DNA from: an uncultured delta proteobacterium
GTDB taxonomy: Bacteria; Desulfobacterota; Binatia; UBA9968
Assembly: GCA_963804165.1 (NCBI GenBank)
Contig: CAWDPO010000046.1
Span: 1-64,000, forward strand
Direction of reading: 5' to 3'
DNA length: 64,000 bases
Shown: in pieces, positions 41,865-52,111 of the stretch
How the letters are laid out: each line of letters starts with the position of its first letter
Numbering within the stretch: position 1 is the first letter of the stretch
Program-made: the position numbers and the translations under genes
The notes under the pieces: generated by a model
Seen by the model: only the letters and a program-made list of their open reading frames with translations
What the model was told of the DNA's origin: nothing
Databases searched by the model: none

Positions 41865-42337
41865 ACTTGTGCATTTATCGTAAGGAACTTTAGACAAATT
41901 CGCCTGACTCATTTCCGTAATGCCGGCAGACATGAAAAAGTCGCGATTTTCATTGAGATGTCGAAAACACTTGCGTCCCGAAGAGTCAGTGCGTCTGTGC
42001 AGCTCAATTGAGCGTTCGGGCATGCTGATATTCCCGCCACATCTGAGCCACCCCTAAGTCAACCACGAGACCGGCAGGAGCGCTTAGCGATATGTTCGCT
42101 GCGATGATCTCACGCGCTCGAGAAGCCGGCCCCTCATGATTCTTAACCTTGCGCGATTTCTGCCGATAGATTCTAAACGCCAGCGCGAGTTCGCGGCGTT
42201 TCAAGGGTCACGATCAGGCCACCGCGCAATCGAAAACAGACGCGCCAAGAAATGCTAAAAATTTCCAAAATGCTCAAAAAGCGAACCGGCGCGATTCACT
42301 TACAGAGCGCTTATGATCTCGCCGGCGCGTAAGAAAT

Positions 42338-43623
42338 ATGACTCCAGAAGACTTCGGCACACAAAAGTGGATTCCCATAGGCTTGATTAGACCGGGCATG
42401 TACATCACGAGCCTGGACCGGTCTTGGCTGGAGACGCCGTTCTTTTTTCACCGCAAGCTGATTAAGAGCCTCGAAGACATCGAGTTGCTAAAAAGGCACG
42501 GCATTCGCAAGTCGTTATCGATATCACGCGGGGGTTGGACGTGGAGAGCGCGCTGGCGGTCACTGAGACCCGCGTCGCGCCGTCGATGGCGACCACGAAA
42601 ATCGCCGCGGCAACTCAAAAAGACTTGAAAACGCGCGCTCCGTCCGCCGCGGAGACCGCGTTTCGGCCATTAGCCATGGAGCTCGACGCGGCCCAACGGA
42701 TTCACGAAGAAGCGCTCGTGGCCGCGAAAAGTATTTTCGACGGAACCCGCGGCGGCGCGCCGATCCGGTGCGAAGTCACCAAGAAAATCGTCGGTGATCT
42801 TTTGACGAGCATTTCACGCTCGCCGGAGGCGAACTTGTTGCTGATGCAGATGCGCCGCTTACAGACGGATCTCTTCAGTCATGCGGTCAACGTTTGCGTG
42901 TTGTCACTGGTGGTCAGCGTCCTTGAAGAATTGGATGTCGACATCTCGGCGTTGGGGATGGGCGCATTGCTTCATGATATCGGCGAAACTCGTATTCCGC
43001 GCAACCTGCTTCGAAAAAAGGAAAACTTTACGGACTCGGAACGCCGCCTCGTCCAAGAGCATCCGAAACTTGGCGCGATGCTCTTGGAACAAAGCGAGGA
43101 AGTGCCGGCGTTGGCTCGGCAAATCGTGCTCGAGCATCACGAGCGTATCGATGGCTCAGGCTATCCCAACCGCGTTCGGGGCGCGGATGTTTCCTTTTTT
43201 AGTCAAGTTGTCGCGATCACCGATGCCTACGACGATATGCTTTCCGGCCGCAATCAGGCGATGCAGCCGCCCAACGAGGTGCTGCGGCAATTGTTCGTGC
43301 AGAGCAACGCGGGCGCGTTGGATCGGCAACTGGTCGCGCGCATCATTCGCTGCCTGGGAGTCTACCCGATCGGCAGCCTCGTTGAGCTTAGCACCGGCGA
43401 GCGCGGTATCGTCGTCGCGACCAATCGGGCGGATACTTTGAAACCCACCGTGCGGATCGTCACCACGCGCACGGGAATGAACCAGTCGAACGGTCCGGTC
43501 ATCAGCTTGGCGGACCTAAGCGCGGGGACAATGGAGCGACGCATCATCGGCGCACTCGATCCGGGACGCGAGCGCATCGATCCGATCGCGTACTTAAGAT
43601 TGGCGCAAGCCGTTGCGGGATGA
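42338..43623 (+). CDS. HD-GYP c-di-GMP phosphodiesterase with N-terminal DUF3391-like domain (frameshift near 42510)
   Basis: [19 protein letters not shown]; SHAVNV; LLHDIG; [11 protein letters not shown]; [16 protein letters not shown]. Confidence 0.9.
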
Positions 43624-45202
43624 GTAATATGACCTACCCCATTCCTTCGCGTGACCGGTATGATGTCGAGGATGCCGAGCGAAAAGTCATGCAGCTGCTA
43701 CTCGATGCGCTGCCATGCGCGGCAGTTTTGGTCGATCACCAGGGCAGCGTGGCAATACTCAATCAGCAAGCGGAGCTCGCTCTGGGCTGGACCGCCGCGA
43801 CGCTCGAAGGCCAATCCGCGCACGAGGCCTTCGACTGCTGCGTGGAAGACAGCTCAAATTCGCTGGAAAACTGCCCGATCGGACAAGCGTTGGCGGGCGA
43901 TCAGCTCGCGCAGACCGCTCGCATGACTATCCGCTGCCGCGGCGATCGACAGAAGCCGGTCGAATATCGCTGCACGCCGTACCCGACCGGCAGGGGGGTC
44001 GGTGTCATCCTCGCTTTCAGCGATATTACGCGCCAATTGGAAGTCGAAAAGGATTTGCGCAGTCTTGCTTCAATCGCCGAAGCGAGTCCGATTGCGATTG
44101 TCGAACTCAATGAAGACGGCAATCTTATCCATGCCAACCCCGCCATGATGGCTCTCATGGACCAATTCGGCTTCAACGACAACGTCCGGCCAATTGTCTT
44201 GCCGGCCAATATCGAGGCGCTCATCCGTGCGTGTTTGTCGACACATGCCGATGTCGGCGGCATCGAAGTGTGTGTTCGGGATCACTACTATGAATGGAAG
44301 CTGGTGCCGGTGTCGGGCGAACGGATGGTGCGCGGTTATGGCGTCGATCTGACCGCACGTAAGCGCGTTGAACTGGAACTCCTGCGCGCCAAGCTCGAAG
44401 CCGACGCGGCGAACATCGCCAAGTCGGAGTTTCTCGCCAATATGAGTCATGAAATCCGCACGCCGATAAACGGTGTCGTCGGTATGGCGGAGCTGCTGGT
44501 GGAAAGCGAGCTCGACGACGAACAGCTCGAATACGCGAAGACGATCCAATCCTGCGCAGAGTCCTTGCTGCTTGTGATCGAAGAGGTCCTCAACATAGCG
44601 GAGTTGGACTCGGGCAAGATGACGGTGGCGAAAACCACCTTCGACGTGGCCGATTTTTTGAATCAAGCGACCGCGCCATTTCGGCGCCGGGCTAAAGAAA
44701 AAGGGCTGCAATTTGATGTTTCGGTCGCCAGTACCGTTCCCCGGTCGGTGCATTGTGATCGCCGCCGTGTCGGGCAAGTGTTGGGTAACTTGGTGAGCAA
44801 CGCGATAAAGTTACCGAACAAGGCCAGGTCGTCGTCGAAGTCGTTTGGCAGACAAGGTCAACGCAAACCGGTCAAGCCGAAGAGAACACCCGGTGGACCG
44901 TCGCGGAAAGTCTCTATTTCTCGATCCGCGATACCGGCATCGGGATCGCTCCCGAGAAACAAAGCGTTATTTTTGATTGCTTCACGCAAGCGGATAATTC
45001 GAGCACTCGACGTTACGGCGGAACGGGCTTGGGTCTGACGATTGCGAATCGGTTGGTCGAGCTGATGGGCGGTTCCATCGGCGTCGCGAGCGAGCCGGGG
45101 AAGGGCAGTAGTTTCTGGTTTACGTTACCGATCCAAGACGAAAGCAAAGTAGCCGGCGCCGGTGATGGTGAGTCTCTGCAAAACCGCTTAAGCCAATCCT
45201 AG
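43620..45202 (+). CDS. PAS-domain sensor histidine kinase (frameshift near 44810)
   Basis: Two PAS-like segments; H-box [18 protein letters not shown]; N-box NLVSNAIK. The next frame gives [29 protein letters not shown], ending TAG at 45200. Confidence 0.9.
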
Positions 45203-45212
45203 TCACTGTTCA

Positions 45213-47084
45213 TCACTCCGCCAAGGCGCGGATCTCGGCATCGGCGCGGCGTAGACGAGCGGAAAGCTCCCGTCCAATGTTAAAAATTAGTTTGCTTTGT
45301 ATTTCCGGATGGCTGCGCGCCAAAGTATCGAGCTTGGCGGTCGGCAGGACGTAACAAAGCGTCGGCTCGTCGGCGATCACGTCGGCCGAACGGGTACCGC
45401 CGTCCAGTAGCGCCAAATCTCCAAATGCCAGTCCGGGCGTGAGCGTGCTTAGACGCTGCCGCCTCGAGCCGGTTTTTATATTCAAGCAGATGCTCACCCG
45501 GCCCGCAGCCAAGAGATAGAGTGAGTCGGCGACATCGCCTTCCCGAATGATCGTTTCTCCCGCAGAGTAGCGCAATTCTTTCAAGATTGACTCGACGAGA
45601 CCAATCTCTTGCCCGCTGAAACCGGCAAGGATATCCATTTCAGACAGCGGAACTTGGCGACCCTCGCGTAGGAGCTCGGGTCGCTCCTGGTGCAGCAGCT
45701 GATCTTCGCACCATTCTAAGGCCGAATCGATATCGGCAAACAGGCTTTCCAACTGCCATTTGCTTTGTCCGCTATCGGCGAAGAGTTCGACGCAACTCTC
45801 CGGTAAGTGAGTCAGCAGGAGCGTCTTGTTCTGCAGCTTCAGCACGCTGTGCATCTGGGCCAACAGAGTCACCGCACATTCGTCGATTTGCAGCACCCGC
45901 TTCAGGTCAACGATCAGAAACGAAAAGGAGTCGATCTCGCTGGCGATCTGTCTGAGTACTTGCTCCACGGTACTAAAGAAAAGATTTCCTTGAAGCTCGT
46001 AAACGCAAATCGTTGAACCCTTTTGGGCTAGGATCGATTCCTGAGCGCTGCCGCGACGCCGTTTCGAGCGCACCGTGATCGCCCGATAGCTCCGCCGAAC
46101 CACGACTGAGGTGGTGAAGCGAGTCTTGAACATGTGCAGCTTGAAACGCTCCGAAAGCTCTTCGCAGACCTGGATTCCGCGGCAGCTGTTTCCTTGGTCA
46201 TCCAGCGGTGCTGAGAAAGTTCCGATGCCGAACTGGCCTGGAAGCACGGCGATAATCCCGCCGCCGACGCCGCTTTTGGCCGGCAGACCGATACGGTAGC
46301 TCCATTCGCCGGCGTAGTCGTACATGCCGCAGCCGTGCATCACGCTGAGGACGTTTTTGACATGCTGCTCCTCGAGGGCGCGTTTGCCGGTAAGCGGGTT
46401 GATGCCGTTATTGGCGAGAGTTGCCGCCATGACCGCGAGGTCGCGCGCGCCGACCAGGATCGAGCATTGTTCGAAGTAGAGATCGAGATGTTCGTCGACC
46501 GGCTCATCGATCATGCCGAAGTTGAGCTCGAGATAACCGATGGCCCGGTTGCGGTGGCCGGTGGTGCGCTCGGAAACATAAACGGCGTGGTCGATCTCGA
46601 TGTCTCTTCCTGCGAGATCCGAGAACATGCGGAGCAGGCGGGCTAGGCGTTGATCATGGCCCTTTCCCTTGATCAGAGCGGTCGTGGCGATGGCACCGGC
46701 GTTGACCATAGGATTGAACGGCCGGTTGCGGCGCTCGTCGAAGATGATGGAGTTAAACGCTTCGCCGGTCGGCTCGACGCCGACCTTGCCCAGCACGTAG
46801 TCGACCCCATGGTCTTCGAGTGCGAGGCCATAAACAAACGGTTTCGAAATCGACTGGATGGTAAACAGGTGATCGGCGTCGCCGACCTCGTATATCTGAC
46901 CGTCGGCGCTAACCAGCGCGATGCCGAACAAACTCGGATCTGCTTTAGCCAACTCGGGGATATAGGTTGCGATCTTGCCGCAGAAGTTTTGTTGGTATTT
47001 GGCGTGAATTTCCTTAAGCTCAGCGAGGATTGGAGAGACCTCGGTGCTTTGATAGTCAATGGCTGGCGCTAATTTCGGTTGCAT
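45213..47084 (-). CDS. glsA: Glutaminase A fused to STAS and cyclic-nucleotide-binding domains
   Basis: ATYIPELAKADP; FTIQSISKPF; VGVEPTGEAFN; NPMVNAGAI; CGMYDYAG; PAKSGVGGG. Then ELQGNLFFS (STAS) and IIREGD..FGDLALLDGGTRSADV (cNMP). Confidence 0.93.
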   Translation of the reverse strand: MQPKLAPAIDYQSTEVSPILAELKEIHAKYQQNFCGKIATYIPELAKADPSLFGIALVSADGQIYEVGDADHLFTIQSISKPFVYGLALEDHGVDYVLGKVGVEPTGEAFNSIIFDERRNRPFNPMVNAGAIATTALIKGKGHDQRLARLLRMFSDLAGRDIEIDHAVYVSERTTGHRNRAIGYLELNFGMIDEPVDEHLDLYFEQCSILVGARDLAVMAATLANNGINPLTGKRALEEQHVKNVLSVMHGCGMYDYAGEWSYRIGLPAKSGVGGGIIAVLPGQFGIGTFSAPLDDQGNSCRGIQVCEELSERFKLHMFKTRFTTSVVVRRSYRAITVRSKRRRGSAQESILAQKGSTICVYELQGNLFFSTVEQVLRQIASEIDSFSFLIVDLKRVLQIDECAVTLLAQMHSVLKLQNKTLLLTHLPESCVELFADSGQSKWQLESLFADIDSALEWCEDQLLHQERPELLREGRQVPLSEMDILAGFSGQEIGLVESILKELRYSAGETIIREGDVADSLYLLAAGRVSICLNIKTGSRRQRLSTLTPGLAFGDLALLDGGTRSADVIADEPTLCYVLPTAKLDTLARSHPEIQSKLIFNIGRELSARLRRADAEIRALAE

Positions 47085-47173
47085 CTGAGTCAAAACGTCA
47101 GTCGTCCTATGCGATTGCGGATCAATACTGAGTGTCCAACCGTGAACAGCTCGGGCAAAGCTTCGCCCAATAA

Positions 47174-47189
47174 AGCACTCTTCATGCCA
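47174..47189 (-). promoter_or_regulatory. sigma54 (-24/-12) promoter candidate upstream of glsA
   Basis: Minus strand TGGCATGAAGAGTGCT: GG-N10-GC spacing, about 90 nt upstream of the ATG. Confidence 0.55.
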
Positions 47190-47451
47190 GTAATGCACAA
47201 GCTTGGTCGTCGAAAATTAGCTAGTAATTGTCGTGAAGCGCGAAGCGGCGAGAGCGGTCGCGGAACACCGTTGTGTATTTCTTAAGCACAGGGCTGGCGT
47301 AAATTTAGGCAAAGGTACAATCTGGCCGCGACCGGTGGAGCCAATGAGAATGGCCGCGCTACGCGTGAGTCCGGTAAGCGACAATGGCTGCCGGCGGGTC
47401 GATTGTGAGCTGTGGTGGATGCGCTGCTGTGGAGAGTTTAGCGCGGAAACC

Positions 47452-47808
47452 CTACCGCGGTGATCTGATTTCCAATTCCAGGCCGTTTGGATCTTTCACG
47501 AAGATCGTGGTGAGCTTACCGTCACCGTCTCGATTTTCGCGCAGGATCTCGGCGCCTTTTTCCTTGAATTCTTTCGCAACCTGATCGATATCGTCGGTCA
47601 CATAGCCGTAATGATGAACGCCGACTTGGCCGGCGGATTCCATCAGTTGTATCGACGGCGCGCCGGCGATTCTCACGAAACAGAACCCATAGCCAGCGCT
47701 GCCTTTTCTGATGGGTGTAGCGTGGCCGCCGAAGAATTTTTCGTAGTATTTGATCGACTCGGCGATGTCCTTGGTGTAAATGGCGACATGCTCCAGTTGA
47801 TAATTCAT
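47452..47808 (-). CDS. VOC (glyoxalase/bleomycin resistance) family protein
   Basis: LEHVAIYTKDI; IQLME; HHYGYVTDDI; FVKDPNGLELEI. Confidence 0.9.
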   Translation of the reverse strand: MNYQLEHVAIYTKDIAESIKYYEKFFGGHATPIRKGSAGYGFCFVRIAGAPSIQLMESAGQVGVHHYGYVTDDIDQVAKEFKEKGAEILRENRDGDGKLTTIFVKDPNGLELEIRSPR

Positions 47809-47851
47809 CGAAATCTCCCTCTGAGATCTGCGGCCGATCTTTTTCGTCAGC

Positions 47852-48937
47852 TCAACTCAAATTGATGACGGCTTTCACCACCGAGTAGCTCGCCATCGCC
47901 GCCATCGCTTCATTGATTTGATCGAGCGGGTAACTCTTGCTGATCATTTCCTCGAAAGGAAAAGTTTTTCTGCGTGTGGCGAGAAAGTCGATGGCTTGCA
48001 GCCAGTGACGCGGCTCGGCGGAGCGCACGGTGATGAAAAGCATTTCCTGCGGTATTTTTTCCACGGCGATGTTCGCCTTGCCGCCGGCGCCGATGTTCAA
48101 GTAGCGGCCGCCGCCGCGCAGCAGGGTGAGGCCTTCGGGCACCGCCATGTTGTTGGCGACTTGAATGACGACATCGGCGCCACGGCCGTCGGTGTGGTCG
48201 CGCACCCACTTGCGCCGGTCTTTTTCATCCGTGACTTCTTCGAGATTGAGCACAGCATCCGCGCCCATACGCTTGGTGACTTCCAGACGGTTCGACGGGG
48301 CGCCGATGACCAGCACCTTCTTGGCGCCGTGATCTTTGGCCACCGCGGTGGCGAAGTTGCCGAGCGGGCCACTGCCCTGGATGACCACGGTCTCGTGGCT
48401 TTTGAGCGCGCCCAAGCGGTCGAAGCCGTGCATTACAGTGCGATAGGCGCAGGCCGAGGCCGCCGCCGATGCGGAGGAAACGTCATCGGGAACTTTGATG
48501 ATCAGACATTCTTTGGGCACGTACATGTACTCGGCGCAGCTGCCGAGGAGATACGGATGCTGGTCGCTGCGGTTGTGTCCCCAGGAGGCGCGGCCCGGGC
48601 AGATGCACGGTTGCAACGCCACGGCGCAGTAATAGCAAGATCCGCAGGCGACGTAGCTCCATACGATTCTGTCGCCGCGCTTCACCGGGTTGCCGAGGAT
48701 ATCGGTGCGCTCGCCGGCGATGTCTTCGACATAGCCGCAGGGCTCGTGACCCGTGATGATCGGCAGCGTATCGCCGTCACTGAGCGGGCCGTGCCAGCGA
48801 TGCACGTCGGTGCCGCAAAGCGTGGAGGCGGTGATCTTGATCAGCAACGATCCAGGGTCGAGCTTGGGGATCGGCACCTGCTGTATCGTCAACGGCTTGT
48901 TATGTTCGGTGATAACAGCGGCGCGACAGGTATCCAT
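47852..48937 (-). CDS. Zinc-binding (MDR) alcohol dehydrogenase family protein
   Basis: CGTDVH; GHEPCG; CGSCYYC..C structural Zn site; GSGPLG. Confidence 0.92.
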   Translation of the reverse strand: MDTCRAAVITEHNKPLTIQQVPIPKLDPGSLLIKITASTLCGTDVHRWHGPLSDGDTLPIITGHEPCGYVEDIAGERTDILGNPVKRGDRIVWSYVACGSCYYCAVALQPCICPGRASWGHNRSDQHPYLLGSCAEYMYVPKECLIIKVPDDVSSASAAASACAYRTVMHGFDRLGALKSHETVVIQGSGPLGNFATAVAKDHGAKKVLVIGAPSNRLEVTKRMGADAVLNLEEVTDEKDRRKWVRDHTDGRGADVVIQVANNMAVPEGLTLLRGGGRYLNIGAGGKANIAVEKIPQEMLFITVRSAEPRHWLQAIDFLATRRKTFPFEEMISKSYPLDQINEAMAAMASYSVVKAVINLS

Positions 48938-48982
48938 AGCAATTCCTCATCATTCGCTAACGTAAGTTATCCTCTTACACGG

Positions 48983-49045
48983 CTGGAGCGACTGGAACGG
49001 TTCCAATGGTTCCAAAAGTTCCAACGGTTCCAGTTGTTCGAATCG
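48983..49045. repeat. 9-nt tandem repeats (TTCCAANGG) with short inverted arm
   Basis: ctggagcga ctggaacgg ttccaatgg ttccaaaag ttccaacgg ttccagttg ttcgaatcg. Confidence 0.7.
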
Positions 49046-49067
49046 TCGCATTGGGATATCTGTTGAT

Positions 49068-50153
49068 CTATAGCGGCAGCTTGTAAAACGTTTCGGCGTT
49101 GCGCCACAACATGGCCGCTTTGTCGTCGTCGGTAATCTCGTCACTTTCCAACAGCTCGCTCAGATCGTGCTTGCAGCTCTCGTGGGTCACTTCGTGCGGA
49201 AAATCGGACGAATAGAGAAACGGCTTGTTACCGACAGTCTTAATGGCGAATGGCATCGTTAGTTCTTCGGTCTCGATGCCCAGGTATAAGCGATCTTCGT
49301 TGATCAGTTTCTTTAGGTAACGGCTCGGTTCTTCGCCTTCGCGGATGCCAAACTCGCCGAACGGGATATGTTGAAAGTGTGTCTCATGCGACGCGTGTAG
49401 CCGTTCGAGCAAAAGGAGCAACCAGGCGCTGCCGCCCTCGAGGAACGCGATGCGTACGCGCGGGAAACGATCAAAGATGCCGTTATAAAGGATGTCCGCG
49501 CAGCTGATCGTGAGACCCCAGGGATGGCCTAGGGCGTGCACCGGCACGTACATGTTCATATGATCCATGCCGAAGCGGTCGTGTGCGCCGCCGTGAACCG
49601 CCAGGCAGCAGCCCAGCGTGTTGGCTTCTTCATAAATCGGCCAGTACATCTTCGAGCCGAGCGGATGAGCGAGTCCGTTGGACGGCATCATCGCGCCGAG
49701 CATGCCGAGCTCCGTCACGGCGCGCCGCAATTCTTTCGCGGCTTCCTGCGGGTCTTGCATCGGCAGGATCGCCATCCCGTTAAAGCGCGGATTGAACTTG
49801 ACGTAGGTTTCGTGCAGCCAATCGTTGTAAGCCTTGGAGACTGAGACGGCGTAATCGAGGCTGACGATTTTGCCGTAGGCGAGCGCTGTAGTTGGATAGA
49901 GCACCGTCCATTCGATGCCAACGTCGTCGAGAAATTCGAGCCAACCTTGAGGCCCCACGGGCGCGCGTTGGTCGCGCTGCGGCGGCGTTTCCACCGCCCT
50001 TCCGCTATGCAAGTGGTCCAATGGCGGGAAGACCACGCCCTTTCGCGCGGCGATGTCCCGATAGGGAGATTCCATGTGCGCGATGATGGCCGCGTTGTCC
50101 TCAAAAATATGGCCGTCGCCGTCGATGATTCGGCTGCTGAGTTTGGCTGACAT
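49068..50153 (-). CDS. Amidohydrolase family protein (Amidohydro_2, ACMSD/LigW-like)
   Basis: IIDGDGHIFE; VLYPT; AYNDWL; LAVHG; FDRFPRVRIAFLEGG; SSDFPHE. Confidence 0.9.
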   Translation of the reverse strand: MSAKLSSRIIDGDGHIFEDNAAIIAHMESPYRDIAARKGVVFPPLDHLHSGRAVETPPQRDQRAPVGPQGWLEFLDDVGIEWTVLYPTTALAYGKIVSLDYAVSVSKAYNDWLHETYVKFNPRFNGMAILPMQDPQEAAKELRRAVTELGMLGAMMPSNGLAHPLGSKMYWPIYEEANTLGCCLAVHGGAHDRFGMDHMNMYVPVHALGHPWGLTISCADILYNGIFDRFPRVRIAFLEGGSAWLLLLLERLHASHETHFQHIPFGEFGIREGEEPSRYLKKLINEDRLYLGIETEELTMPFAIKTVGNKPFLYSSDFPHEVTHESCKHDLSELLESDEITDDDKAAMLWRNAETFYKLPL

Positions 50154-50414
50154 TCTCCGATACCTCCAGGCGCGTTAAGTAGTGTCGTGATTCGATACCA
50201 TCCCCTTTATAGTCTGACTTTTGCGAGCGGATCAAGCCGCAGCGCGGGTTGAACTACGCCGATGCTTGAAAATTGAATCGTCATTTTCGTTGCAGGCTGG
50301 AATTGGGCTGTTTTTCTAGTTTAAAATAAAATACAGTGAGCGCTTATTTCGGCTTGGTGGTATTGCAAGCCGACGAATAGAAAACCGCAAACTGACTGAA
50401 TTCTGGGAGGCGAT

Positions 50415-50666
50415 ATGGCGGAAGAAACAGCGGAACAAAAACTAGCTCGTCTGGAAGCGGAAAACAAAACGTTGAAAGAGCAGATCGAGCGCAAGCCCGG
50501 CCAGCTGCGTTTGAAGGTCAGCGAAAAAGGCGGGTTGTCTGTCTATGGATTGGGCAGATTCCCCGTCACCCTCTACAAAGAACAGTGGACGAGGCTGCTC
50601 GATCATGGCGATGAAATCAAGAAATTTCTCCAGGAGAACGACCAACAATTGAAGGCGAAGCAATAG
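50415..50666 (+). CDS. Small hypothetical protein (coiled coil + beta-beta-alpha module)
   Basis: RBS GGGAGG; LARLEAENKTLK; LKVSEKGGLSVYGLGRFPVTLYKEQWTRLL. Confidence 0.85.
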   Translation: MAEETAEQKLARLEAENKTLKEQIERKPGQLRLKVSEKGGLSVYGLGRFPVTLYKEQWTRLLDHGDEIKKFLQENDQQLKAKQ

Positions 50667-50736
50667 TGATTTGATGTGACTGCGGCCTTGTTCGGGTTTA
50701 GCCCGGCGTTGTCCAATCGCAGCAGCCCGTCTCGCA

Positions 50737-51666
50737 TTATCTCGCCGGAGCGTAGAAGGTTTCTAATAGCCGTCGGCGCATGGTCTCTTCGCCTCCCGGG
50801 AGCGGGTCGAACTTAGTCGTGTTGTCGGCGTTCTGGAGAATTTTTCGGCCTTCCCCGTCCTCGTGCATCGCCTGTAAAAGCCCGGCGAGACGTTCGGCTG
50901 CCTGCGTCGCCAGATCCTTGCGTACCGAGACCAGATGGCGCGGCAGCAACTCTGTCTGAGCGAGTATAGTGAGCTGCGTTTTCTTTTTACCGTCGAGCGC
51001 GGCGAAGTCGTCATCGCTGATCGTGACGGCGGCTACCTGTTTCGCGAAAATCATTTCGTACAGTCGATCCAGACCGTTGGCAAAAACGTAGCCGATTTCT
51101 GCCGCGCCGGCTTGCGCCCCGGGTCCGGACACTTGCGCGAGCTTGAAGCCGTTTCTCTGCAGAAACAACTTCGGCAAAAAGTAGCCGGACGTGGACTCGG
51201 GGTCTTCGAAGCCGATAATCTTGCCGCGCAGGTGATCAAGGCGGTTGATACCGCTGTCTTTGGTGGTGGCAATCAAGCTGCGGTACTCCGCCATGCCGCT
51301 CTTCCAGCGCCGCAATAAGAGCTTGCCGGCGCCGTGAACCTGGTTGACGACGTAAGTCGGGTAGGGGCTCTCGAAATAAAAATCGATCTTTCTTTGTTCG
51401 AGAAGCTTGGCCAGGTCGCTCAATGTCGAGACGATCAGCACTTTTCCCTCGGCATCCGAAGCGGTGAAAAATTTGCGCGACACGTAAGCGACAAAATCGC
51501 GGAAATGTTCCTCGATCTCGCGCTGGTGCGATGCGGAGACGATCCCCAGCGTGATGCTATTTGTCGGAATTTGATTCGCTGTTTGAGCGGCGGCGTTCGA
51601 ACCAAACATCGCGCTGAACAAGTAAACAACCGCCAGCACAGAAAAGATTGCCGAGTAGTGTTTCAT
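50737..51666 (-). CDS. Phosphate/phosphite/phosphonate-type solute-binding protein (PhnD-like)
   Basis: Signal peptide; EYRSLI; LRGKIIGFEDPESTSGYFLP; LPRHLVSVRKDL. Confidence 0.85.
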   Translation of the reverse strand: MKHYSAIFSVLAVVYLFSAMFGSNAAAQTANQIPTNSITLGIVSASHQREIEEHFRDFVAYVSRKFFTASDAEGKVLIVSTLSDLAKLLEQRKIDFYFESPYPTYVVNQVHGAGKLLLRRWKSGMAEYRSLIATTKDSGINRLDHLRGKIIGFEDPESTSGYFLPKLFLQRNGFKLAQVSGPGAQAGAAEIGYVFANGLDRLYEMIFAKQVAAVTISDDDFAALDGKKKTQLTILAQTELLPRHLVSVRKDLATQAAERLAGLLQAMHEDGEGRKILQNADNTTKFDPLPGGEETMRRRLLETFYAPAR

Positions 51667-52111
51667 GGACTCTCCAAAGCGGCCCGAAGACTCCTCATGT
51701 TCCTACCCAACCGCGGCCGCCTTGGCAAGAACAAAGAGCAAATGCGGCGACGCGGCCAATCTGTTTCGTAGGTAGAACGAGGGCGATTTTTGATTGAAAT
51801 CCTGTCGAATCCAGTGCCGCTGTTGATCCTCGCGGTTCGTTGCTGACATATGTGGATACCGGCACTCAGAGATCTTTTCGTTGGCGTAACGGCGGCGTTT
51901 GCGCTTTGAACAGTCCTTCGGACTCCGCATTTGGGGCGCGGTCCTGCCGGCCCTTTTCTACTCCAGGGTAAATCCTGTAAACTCGGCGTATTTTGGAGTA
52001 TAAAATTTTCCGGGGAATTTCTTTGGCAAAATCCCGTCCGTAGAGGTAAAATACCTGGTCTCGGTCGGCGCAGCCCGATTGAGTCATGACCTCTGCATAA
52101 CATGCGAACGC

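Noticed and set aside
47918-49066. 382-aa ORF antisense to the Zn dehydrogenase (similarly 38068..39126)
   Set aside because: Antisense shadow of a GC3-biased gene; no domain evidence.
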